Notes under the pieces: generated by a model
What the model saw: only the letters and a program-made list of their open reading frames with translations
The model's database searches: none
Told to the model about the DNA's origin: nothing
Program-made: the position numbers and the translations under genes
Shown here: positions 1 through 7,782 of the stretch, one piece after another
Numbering within the stretch: position 1 is the stretch's first letter
Layout: every line of letters begins with the position of its first letter
NCBI GenBank assembly: GCA_002794035.1
Contig: PCXQ01000004.1
Location: forward strand, 97,213-161,212
Length of the DNA stretch: 64,000 nucleotides
Direction of reading: 5' to 3'
From: Candidatus Yanofskybacteria bacterium CG10_big_fil_rev_8_21_14_0_10_36_16
Lineage (GTDB): Bacteria > Patescibacteriota > Minisyncoccia > 2-02-FULL-40-12 > IGHO2-01-FULL-4-A

Positions 1-169
1 AATTGTTTTATAAAAATCAAAGTTTAAATATCCAGGAATAGGTTTAAAACAAGGATCGAAAGGTAGTTTTATAATTATAAAGCCTAGTGTAACCGAAACT
101 ATAATAGTACTTAAAAAACTAACTAGAAATACTTTTTTTCAGTCCACATAAAATTTAATATTTACTTGT

Positions 170-1417
170 TTAATTTTTTGTTGATGCATTTGCTTGTCCT
201 GAAACACTTTTTGGATAACCAACGACCCTAATTGCTTCATCAAGAGTGGTAACACCATTTACAACCTTCTCCATGGCTGAATCCCATAAATTCCATTTCT
301 TTTTTGAACTCACCAGCTTATCTAAGTCAGATAATGACACCTCGTCTATGATTGCAAATCTAATATCATCATCAAATAATGTTATGTCAAAAATACCTGA
401 TCTGCCGAGATATCCTGTGTTGTGACACTTGTCACATCCTTTGCCTCTTGTTAGCTTGGCAGGTATTTTGTTGTGAATACCAATTAACATTTTTTCAGAT
501 TCACTCGGTATATATTCCTCTTTACAGCTTTGACATACTTTTCTAACCAAGCGCGTTAATAAAACACCCCGAATAGTATGAGCAATAACGGAGCGCGGAA
601 TCTTCATCTCAAGCAAACGAATAAGCAAAGCAGGAACATCAAAAGTATGAAATGTAGTAAATGCTAAAATCCCAGACAGCGCAGCTTGAAATACAGCTTG
701 TGCTGTATTATCGTCCACAATCTCGCCAAGCATTATAACATCAGGATCCTGTCTAACCACAGCTCCCATTGCCTTATGAAAATCAAAACCCACAGATTCA
801 CGAATCTGCATCTGTCTTATTCCTGCAATATTATATTCAACCGGATCTTCAACGGTAACTATGCTCCTATCAATGGAATTTAAGCTATTAACTAATGAAT
901 ACAAAAAAGTTGTTTTTCCTGAACCAGTCGGCCCGGTCACAATGACCAAACCGTAAGGACTTTTAGAAATTTGGTTTATCATCTCCATCTGCTCGGGGTT
1001 GGCTCCCAAATCATCATCTTTAAGCATAATTTCTTCTCTCTCTAGCACTCTCATAGTTAAAGATTCTCCGAACTGAGTAGGAACCGTAGATAATCTCACG
1101 TTGTATATTCTATCCCCATGCTTAAACTCCAGATGGCCGCTTTGGGGCATCTGATGTTCTGAGATATTAAGCTGAGCCATTACCTTAAGTCTGGATACCA
1201 AACGTTCCTGGTAATATTTATCTAGAGTTATTTCAGGATGCAGAAAGCCATCGATTCTAAAACGAACATTTAAACTATCCCTTTCGGCATCAACATGAAT
1301 ATCACTAGCCTTTTTATTTACGGCAGATTCCAATATTAAGTTAATTGTACCAACCACATCAGACCCCGCCTCGGGAGATGGAGGAGGAGGCAAGTTTGAG
1401 TTTTTATCGTTTACCAT
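170..1417 (-). CDS. Type II secretion / type IV pilus assembly ATPase (GspE/PilB family), short form lacking N-terminal domains
   Basis: Walker A GPTGSGKTT, Asp/His boxes, Walker B LGEIVD, C-terminal tetracysteine CQSC...CDKC typical of GspE/PilB. Confidence 0.8.
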   Translation of the reverse strand: MVNDKNSNLPPPPSPEAGSDVVGTINLILESAVNKKASDIHVDAERDSLNVRFRIDGFLHPEITLDKYYQERLVSRLKVMAQLNISEHQMPQSGHLEFKHGDRIYNVRLSTVPTQFGESLTMRVLEREEIMLKDDDLGANPEQMEMINQISKSPYGLVIVTGPTGSGKTTFLYSLVNSLNSIDRSIVTVEDPVEYNIAGIRQMQIRESVGFDFHKAMGAVVRQDPDVIMLGEIVDDNTAQAVFQAALSGILAFTTFHTFDVPALLIRLLEMKIPRSVIAHTIRGVLLTRLVRKVCQSCKEEYIPSESEKMLIGIHNKIPAKLTRGKGCDKCHNTGYLGRSGIFDITLFDDDIRFAIIDEVSLSDLDKLVSSKKKWNLWDSAMEKVVNGVTTLDEAIRVVGYPKSVSGQANASTKN

Positions 1418-1456
1418 ATTTTTTATTATAACATGTGTTATTTAAAATCCATCCAC

Positions 1457-2533
1457 CTAAGCCTCGCTGACCACTTCTTTTGATTCTGTTTCCCCTGTTT
1501 TTTCTCCAGCTTCTAAAAGAGTCTGCGTTCTATCAGTCATCAAAGACAAACGTTTTTCTGAGTTGTCGTAAGCACTTCTGGCATCTGATAAATGCTTACC
1601 TAGTTTTTTAAAATCTTCTCCAAGTTTTCTACCATCAACCAAAACTCGATCTAAACGCTTCATAATTTCTTTTGTTTGCTTAGACATTTGAACATCCTTC
1701 AACCAGTGGCGTATTGAGGAAATTGAAAGCATAAAGGTATTAGGTGAAACCAGAATCACCCTCTTGGATTGAGCATATGCTGGAACATCAGCCTCTTTAA
1801 TATTATTCACTATCTCATAATAAACAGTCTCGGCTGGTATATACATCAATACAAAATCAGTCGTACCTTCAGAAGGACGAACATATTTTGAAGCTTCATC
1901 AATTTTTTTCTTTGCATCAGACAAAAACACCTTTCTAAAACCATCTCGGTTAATATCATTATCGGATTCAATCATTTTCTCAAAATTTTCCATAGGAAAT
2001 TTTGAATCAATCGGCAAAATAATATCATTAGGGAGTCTCAAGATGGCATCAACAGCCTCACCGTTTTTAAAATAATACTGCATTTTATATGAGTCACGGG
2101 GAAAATACTGACTCAACGCTGCCTCAAGAGATGCCTCACCCCAAATACCACGAAGCTTTGGCGCTTTAAAAATATTCTGAAATGATGCCACTGTTTTAAC
2201 AGACTCGTGAACCTGCTTTTGTGCTTCTAATATTTGGGTCAATCCTGAGGTAAACTCCTGAACCTGCTTATGAACATTCTGAGATGAACGTTCTACCGAC
2301 TCACGACTATCTTTTAACTGATCATTAACCATTTTTATGGTATTTTGAAGAGCCTGGTCTGATGATTTTTTTGATTCACTAAAATAGCTAGCCATGTCAG
2401 ATAAACGCTGATTAAGCAATTCAAAATGGCGATCAGTTTGACCGCCATTATCTTGTTTTTTCTGGCGCAAAACAAAAAACACAATTACTGCACCCGCTAA
2501 TATTCCTATTAAAATTGGTAAGACTAAGTTCAT
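1457..2533 (-). CDS. rmuC: DNA recombination protein RmuC-like (N-terminal TM, coiled coil, RmuC domain)
   Basis: N-terminal hydrophobic helix, long coiled-coil region, C-terminal motif DFVLMYIPAETVYYE resembling RmuC family. Confidence 0.65.
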   Translation of the reverse strand: MNLVLPILIGILAGAVIVFFVLRQKKQDNGGQTDRHFELLNQRLSDMASYFSESKKSSDQALQNTIKMVNDQLKDSRESVERSSQNVHKQVQEFTSGLTQILEAQKQVHESVKTVASFQNIFKAPKLRGIWGEASLEAALSQYFPRDSYKMQYYFKNGEAVDAILRLPNDIILPIDSKFPMENFEKMIESDNDINRDGFRKVFLSDAKKKIDEASKYVRPSEGTTDFVLMYIPAETVYYEIVNNIKEADVPAYAQSKRVILVSPNTFMLSISSIRHWLKDVQMSKQTKEIMKRLDRVLVDGRKLGEDFKKLGKHLSDARSAYDNSEKRLSLMTDRTQTLLEAGEKTGETESKEVVSEA

Positions 2534-2543
2534 AAATAAAAAA

Positions 2544-3497
2544 TTAATAATTTAATTGGTTCATATACAATTCAAGCGTGTGCCGCGCATTAGGTTCCAT
2601 GGGTAATTCTTGCAAGGCTATGTGTGGAGGAATCCAAATATACTCCTCCGCCTCTTCGTTTAAGCATACATTTTTACTATCAACCCCAACCACCTTATCA
2701 ATAAAAATATGCTGTATGCCTGATTTATAATATCCAGAATTTTTTATCTGATCAAAAGTGCAAATATGTTCCCCTATTTTTGATTTTAAACCAGTCTCTT
2801 CTTTTATTTCACGCACCAAAGCGTCTTCCAATCGTTCGTTCCTTCTAACCTTACCTCCAATAATTGAATACTTATCACCCCATTTATGTGTTTTTACAAG
2901 TAAAATTTCTTTTTCTTTTTTTGGTTTTGCCGGCTGATATTCTATAATACCACCAACGGCCACCACAGAACCCGGAATCATTAAATCTTCCCACAATTTA
3001 TTTATTATCCTGTCTTTTCTTTTAAAATTAGGATTCGGCAATCTCTTATGGCGCAGAATATACTCAGTTAAATTTTCCGGTTTCCACACAGAATTATTAT
3101 GAAAATATGCTGGATGATCAGTAAGAATTTCTGAAAAAAAGTGCCTAATATTTGAAACTTGAGCGATACCTAACTCATATGAAGTACTTTTACCTATATA
3201 CCCCTCGGGGTTAACAAAAAAACTAAAACCATTTTCTCCAAGACGCTTTAGATTATGCAAATAGATAAGTTCTATCATTCTTGGATCTCTTTCTTTATCT
3301 GTTTCCAAAACTGCAAATCCATTTTCAATATATTTAATTTCAGTCATTTCGGGAGCTAGAACCTCTATTCCGGCTTCTGTAAAAATTTTATAGGCTTTCT
3401 TTATTTCACTAAAATGTTTTCTAAAACTGCCATGCAGAACACATCTAAAATTTAATTTTTTGTTTTTTTCACTCATGGCTGTGTTTTTTCTAAACAA
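2544..3497 (-). CDS. Fusion protein: N-terminal nucleoside 2-deoxyribosyltransferase/DNPH1-like domain + C-terminal NUDIX hydrolase
   Basis: N-terminal GKSTSYELGIA resembles NDT/DNPH1 catalytic-Glu motif (DSGTxFExGYA); C-terminal Nudix box GGKVRRNERLEDALVREIKEETGL. Confidence 0.6.
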   Translation of the reverse strand: MFRKNTAMSEKNKKLNFRCVLHGSFRKHFSEIKKAYKIFTEAGIEVLAPEMTEIKYIENGFAVLETDKERDPRMIELIYLHNLKRLGENGFSFFVNPEGYIGKSTSYELGIAQVSNIRHFFSEILTDHPAYFHNNSVWKPENLTEYILRHKRLPNPNFKRKDRIINKLWEDLMIPGSVVAVGGIIEYQPAKPKKEKEILLVKTHKWGDKYSIIGGKVRRNERLEDALVREIKEETGLKSKIGEHICTFDQIKNSGYYKSGIQHIFIDKVVGVDSKNVCLNEEAEEYIWIPPHIALQELPMEPNARHTLELYMNQLNY

Positions 3498-4104
3498 ATT
3501 TGTCAGCTACAATTGATGCTGCATATGATTCCGGCTTAATCCTAGCCGTAAAACCATTGCCTGCCACCATGCCGACAATTTCCTGTATTAATTCTTTGGT
3601 TGGTCCATTGTGGCCAATATCTAAATGAATTTCAAATTCATACAAAAGATCTTTTAATTTATCTCTAAGTTCTGCCATTACCCTATGGGCTAAATCTATT
3701 GAATAATAGGCCTCTTTAACCATTCTATCATGTCGGTCAAAAGTATCCACAGCAGGCATTTTTTTCCAAAAAAACTTTCCTCCCTTGCCTACCCTATGTA
3801 TGGTAACAACACTAACAAAATCAGCAGTGCCCACGCCTTCTTTTTCCTTTCTTGAAACAACACCATTCCCATTTGCCAAAGATCTTAGTTTTGGCTTGCC
3901 TGACGAACTTGCACTAAGTCTAACTGAAGACCCCTTGTATTCAGAATCGGTGCCTACAACTATTGAATACTTTGCATTTGGTTCCTCTGCTATAAAACCT
4001 ATGATATCCGCCATAACTCCCAAAAACATCCTCTTACCTTTTGAAGGATTGTTAAAGTACTCATTTGAATCAATTGTCTTTTTCATCTTTATCCTCCCAT
4101 TCAT
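3490..4104 (-). CDS. DUF458/YkuK-like (predicted RNase H-like fold) protein
   Basis: VVGTDSE ... VVTIHR pattern matching YkuK/DUF458 family; overlaps downstream gene by 8 nt. Confidence 0.45.
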   Translation of the reverse strand: MNGRIKMKKTIDSNEYFNNPSKGKRMFLGVMADIIGFIAEEPNAKYSIVVGTDSEYKGSSVRLSASSSGKPKLRSLANGNGVVSRKEKEGVGTADFVSVVTIHRVGKGGKFFWKKMPAVDTFDRHDRMVKEAYYSIDLAHRVMAELRDKLKDLLYEFEIHLDIGHNGPTKELIQEIVGMVAGNGFTARIKPESYAASIVADKFV

Positions 4105-4134
4105 TATTAATAATTTATCACCAAGTTATAAAAA

Positions 4135-4170
4135 AATCAAAAAAGTCCCGCCTTGACGGGACTAAAAATA
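4135..4170. terminator. Bidirectional rho-independent terminator (hairpin agtcccg-ccttga-cgggact flanked by A/T runs)
   Basis: 7-bp GC-rich stem with A-run upstream and T/A-run downstream between convergent ends of ORFs. Confidence 0.5.
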
Positions 4171-4188
4171 AATCTACCACTTATATTC

Positions 4189-5292
4189 TTATTCGCGAAT
4201 AAGCTTAGGATTTGCAACAGGCAATACAAAGGAACTTTTTTCAGAAGGAACTTGATTCTTTGCAACAACTTCAACCTTCACGTTGCCCAACCCCACAGAG
4301 TCTGGCATTTGTGCATTCACTTGGTACACACCAGCAAATCCGGGCATAAGACCCGCATAAAGTACTTCGACTTTGATACCATTAACTGTCAAAACAAAAT
4401 CATTTACCGTCCTTGCTAGCGGTTCAAATGGTGCAAGGTGACCGCTTTGAACATGCGGTTCCACTTTGCCAAGGCCTGTCATTATCACTACAAAATACTC
4501 ACTTGGGTTCAAAGGATTATCATTGTTAACCAAATTCCAATCATTATCAACAACGACAGGTTTTAAACCATAACCTTCCGAATACATGAAGGTCCTTGGC
4601 GTAGTTGGCAAAGTTTGAAGCGGTGCTTCATCCACAAAATACTTAAGACCATCAGGTCCAGTAATAACAACAGAAACATACCTTACATCTAATTCATATG
4701 CCTCTAGAGGTACCAGAAAATTTATCTGATTGGGCCCAGCATAAAAAAGTCCGACATGGCCATCATCATAAAAAACCTCTACACCTGCAAGCATCTTAGG
4801 TAATATATAAGTACAACACAATGAGTCAGCAGCTTGAATTAAGTTTGAAAAATTTTCACCAAACAAACTAGCGACAGCACCCGGCGATAATGATTCGGGT
4901 TTAAACGAAACGCCACTAACCAATCCTATACCCATAAAACTTGGCATCGGAGAATTGTCAGGCCAATCCTCTAGAGGAACCGCCCTACTACTCAAATATG
5001 GCGCCCCGACTGAAATAAAAGTTGGGATTACATCAACAAAAGGTATCTGAGCAACAGCAAGCTCATCTGATAATATTCGCACTTTATCTGCGGGGATAGT
5101 CCGAGTATTATTACTCATTCGCACCCAGATTTTACCGACAGTAAATCCGCACCCATCCAACAACATCATTTGTTGAGACTCGATTTTTAAAACAGTAGCT
5201 GAAGAAAGGTCAAAAAAATTTTGAGATCCACATTTTCCATAAAGATTTGGCAGCAAGAAAAACACAAAAACCGTTGCAAGAAATATTCTCAT
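4189..5292 (-). CDS. Secreted hypothetical protein (signal peptide)
   Basis: N-terminal MRIFLATVFVFFLLPNLYG signal-like sequence; no recognisable catalytic motif. Confidence 0.45.
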   Translation of the reverse strand: MRIFLATVFVFFLLPNLYGKCGSQNFFDLSSATVLKIESQQMMLLDGCGFTVGKIWVRMSNNTRTIPADKVRILSDELAVAQIPFVDVIPTFISVGAPYLSSRAVPLEDWPDNSPMPSFMGIGLVSGVSFKPESLSPGAVASLFGENFSNLIQAADSLCCTYILPKMLAGVEVFYDDGHVGLFYAGPNQINFLVPLEAYELDVRYVSVVITGPDGLKYFVDEAPLQTLPTTPRTFMYSEGYGLKPVVVDNDWNLVNNDNPLNPSEYFVVIMTGLGKVEPHVQSGHLAPFEPLARTVNDFVLTVNGIKVEVLYAGLMPGFAGVYQVNAQMPDSVGLGNVKVEVVAKNQVPSEKSSFVLPVANPKLIRE

Positions 5293-5403
5293 CTCATGCT
5301 CTCCTTTGTTATTTTAAAAAAACTTTCCCACCAAATATGAGTAAGTGGGTTAAATTATATTTACCACTCATTATTAAATAAGTCAATTTTTAAAAATATT
5401 GCT

Positions 5404-5430
5404 AAAAAAAAGACCGAGCTAGTCTCGGTC
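5404..5430 (-). terminator. Rho-independent terminator (gaccgag-ctagt-ctcggtc + T-run on minus strand)
   Basis: 7-bp stem followed by 8 T on minus strand at stop of ORF 5419..5688. Confidence 0.5.
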
Positions 5431-5688
5431 ATCTGCAAGCCTTCCAGCTCTACACTCTCTTTTAATATATCTAATGCAGTGGTTTTGAAAAATCTTGGCA
5501 GATTGCACCCCTTTATTTCTACCGAGATACAAAGACATGCCGACTATATTTGCTAACTCCTCATCTACCTCATGACACCTTTCATCTCCGTTTTTTATAT
5601 ATGTATTTGCCCATTTTTTAATAGCCTTCCTTAATCTTTCTATCTCTTTACCTCTTTCATCAAAAGTCATTTCTTTGATTGGTTTCAT
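5419..5688 (-). CDS. Hypothetical small protein (89 aa)
   Basis: ORF with strong RBS AAGGAGG 5 nt upstream of ATG; no recognisable domain. Confidence 0.4.
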   Translation of the reverse strand: MKPIKEMTFDERGKEIERLRKAIKKWANTYIKNGDERCHEVDEELANIVGMSLYLGRNKGVQSAKIFQNHCIRYIKRECRAGRLADDRD

Positions 5689-5698
5689 GATGACCTCC

Positions 5699-5750
5699 TT
5701 GCGCTCCCAACCGGATTTGAACCGGTGTTATCCCGCTACAGTGGGACGTC
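5699..5750 (-). other. tRNA 3'-half fragment (exact 32-nt duplicate of T-arm/acceptor 3' strand of the neighbouring tRNA-Glu)
   Basis: ttgcgctcccaaccggatttgaaccggtgtta at 5699-5730 repeated at 5911-5942; no D-arm/5' acceptor partner upstream. Confidence 0.4.
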
Positions 5751-5914
5751 TTTTATTTTTATAATTTTTTGGCACCGCCAACGGCGATTAAAGTGAGCAG
5801 TTTCACTTTAATCCTCAAATTTAGTCCCGCCTTGTGGTGAGTTTACGAAACACGGCGAGGCGCAAAAAATTTGAGCAGAACCCGCAATAGAACAAATGAC
5901 CCCACACAACTTTG

Positions 5915-5987
5915 CGCTCCCAACCGGATTTGAACCGGTGTTACTTGGATGAGAACCAAGCGTCCTAAACCACTAGACGATGGGAGC
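5915..5987 (-). tRNA. tRNA-Glu (anticodon CUC)
   Basis: Manual fold: acceptor GCTCCCA/TGGGAGC, D-arm TCGTCTAGTGGTTTAGGAC, anticodon stem CTTGG/CCAAG loop TTCTCAT, T-arm ACCGG-TTCAAAT-CCGGT, discriminator G. Confidence 0.65.
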
Positions 5988-6001
5988 AAAGCGCAAAGTT
6001 G

Positions 6002-6052
6002 TAAGGGGCAAGGAACCATGTGTCCTAGGCCACTAGACGATGGCGGCATAAA
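6002..6052 (-). other. Degenerate tRNA 5'-half-like fragment (GCCGCCA + Glu/Gln-like D-arm, no T-arm)
   Basis: GCCGCCATCGTCTAGTGGCCTAGGAC resembles 5' half of tRNA-Glu but lacks a foldable anticodon/T-arm. Confidence 0.3.
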
Positions 6053-6114
6053 AAAATTGTAAAAATCAAAAAGTGGGAGCAAGATTAATTAAACAATTTA
6101 ATTTTTAAATAACA

Positions 6115-7419
6115 TTAAATTTTTATTTCGTCAACAATTTCATCCATTTTCATTGAGTGTGACCCTTTTATTAACACGAGGTCATTTCCATCCCCCGCCT
6201 CAATAATTTTCTTCACTTTATCTTTGGCTTCCCTGCTTGTACTAAAACTATAAATATTATCCTTCATTTTTTGGCTCATTGCCGAATCAGCAATAAATTT
6301 TGCTGCGTCACCTACTGTTATAACAATGTCTGCTATTTCACACGCTATATTTCCTATTGATCTGTGGGCTTGTTCTGTATATTTACCAAGCTCTTTCATA
6401 TCTCCAAGCACAGCTATCCTCCTAATTCTCTCTTGGGTAAACCTTTCTGTCGCATCAGCCAAAGATTTTAATGTTTCAAGCGCAGCGTGAACAGCAAGAG
6501 GAGACGCATTATATGTATCATCTATAATTTTGGAATTTTTGATGCCCTCTATAAGTCTCATCCGCCCACCCGGTAATTCCATTTTTTCAAGAGCAACAGA
6601 GGCATCAATAATATTTATTCCAAAATGAAGCCCTACTGCAACTGCTGAAAGCAATGAATAAATTTGGTGAATCCCAACCACGCCCGAGACCTTAAAAGGA
6701 ACAAATGTGCTCTCTTTGTTAACCTTAAAAGATATCCCACCAACATTCTCCCCATCATCAGACACAAAATAAGATATGCCAGATGCCCAAATATCTGCCT
6801 TACTAGAAAGACCCATGGTCAAAACAGGTGCCTTTATTTTGTTTTGCATGTCTAAAACTACCTTATCATCAAAATTCAAAACAGCCAGACTATTCTGATC
6901 CACCAATGCTTCAACAAGCCGTGCTTTTTCTTTAGCAACAGCGCTGGGACTTGGATAATATTCAACGTGAACAGGTATGTCACCAACAGTTGTTACTACG
7001 CCCACTTTTGGACGCGCAATATCAACCAAATAATCAATGTCTCCCGGCTTTGCTGCTGCCATTTCAAGAACTAATATTTCTGGATAATTGGGATCAAAAG
7101 GCCCATATGCACGCCAAAAGGCAGGAAAAAGATTCCACCAAAACTTAAGCAAACGAGGCCAGTTATTCGGCTTAATGTTTGCAGTAGACAAACGAGGATC
7201 AACACCTAAAATAGTAAGGGGTACTCCTATTTCGTTATTAAAATTTTCAGCGTTTTTACGAACCTTAAACTTATGAGACAAAACAGTATAAATGGCCTCC
7301 TTAGCCATTGTCTTACCCGCAGAACCTGTTATGCCAACAACCGTTGGCTTATAACGTTGAATCGTTCGTTTTGCAGCTTTCCTCAAAATAAATTTTAAAA
7401 AATTAAATGATACCGACAT
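6115..7419 (-). CDS. murF: UDP-N-acetylmuramoyl-tripeptide--D-alanyl-D-alanine ligase
   Basis: Mur ligase motifs GITGSAGKT and DDTYNASP; position downstream of ftsI in dcw cluster. Confidence 0.85.
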   Translation of the reverse strand: MSVSFNFLKFILRKAAKRTIQRYKPTVVGITGSAGKTMAKEAIYTVLSHKFKVRKNAENFNNEIGVPLTILGVDPRLSTANIKPNNWPRLLKFWWNLFPAFWRAYGPFDPNYPEILVLEMAAAKPGDIDYLVDIARPKVGVVTTVGDIPVHVEYYPSPSAVAKEKARLVEALVDQNSLAVLNFDDKVVLDMQNKIKAPVLTMGLSSKADIWASGISYFVSDDGENVGGISFKVNKESTFVPFKVSGVVGIHQIYSLLSAVAVGLHFGINIIDASVALEKMELPGGRMRLIEGIKNSKIIDDTYNASPLAVHAALETLKSLADATERFTQERIRRIAVLGDMKELGKYTEQAHRSIGNIACEIADIVITVGDAAKFIADSAMSQKMKDNIYSFSTSREAKDKVKKIIEAGDGNDLVLIKGSHSMKMDEIVDEIKI

Positions 7420-7518
7420 GATAAAATATTTAAGATTAAAATTTAAAAAATAATTGACACTTATGCTATTTTATACTAAAGTTTTATTAGTACATTTAAG
7501 ATCAGCGGAGGTTAACCT

Positions 7519-7734
7519 ATGATTACACTTTTTGTTCTGTGTGGAGCTTTCGCTTTTGCTTTAGCGGCAGTCTTCCCTTTTCCTTTTATGTTATTTTTTG
7601 GATTTATATCTTTGACTACTGACCACACCGAGGGGAAAATGTTAAGCTTTGTAATTGCTTCTTGTTTTGCTGTGGTGTTTTTTGTAACACTTGTTTACTT
7701 AACTCTTCTTTTGTTATTTGTCCCTCTAAGTTAA
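7519..7734 (+). CDS. Small hydrophobic membrane protein (71 aa, 2 predicted TM)
   Basis: GGAGG RBS 8 nt upstream of ATG, sigma70-like TTGACA box at 7454, terminator immediately downstream; antisense to dcw genes. Confidence 0.45.
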   Translation: MITLFVLCGAFAFALAAVFPFPFMLFFGFISLTTDHTEGKMLSFVIASCFAVVFFVTLVYLTLLLLFVPLS

Positions 7735-7758
7735 GCCCGTAAAGGGCTTTTTATTTTT
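7733..7758 (+). terminator. Rho-independent terminator (agccc-gtaaa-gggct + TTTTTATTTTT)
   Basis: Hairpin followed by T-run directly after stop of 7519..7734. Confidence 0.5.
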
Positions 7759-7782
7759 ATTAACTATTACTTATTAATTATG

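Noticed and set aside
686-883. Several 60-130 aa ORFs on the strand opposite to long confident genes (e.g. 686..883, 12429..12650, 14607..14999, 19834..20118)
   Set aside because: All lie entirely inside well-supported coding regions on the other strand, have odd composition and no RBS. I treat them as antisense artefacts.
4144-5838. Repeated GC-rich 11-mer agtcccgcctt at 4147 and 5824
   Set aside because: Only two short copies, one of them part of a terminator hairpin. That is too little evidence for a repeat family.
5843-6082. 79-aa ORF on the minus strand across the tRNA region
   Set aside because: It fully overlaps the tRNA-Glu gene and tRNA-like fragments. The Ser/Leu/Gly-rich translation is typical of reading through GC-rich structured RNA, so it is a spurious ORF.
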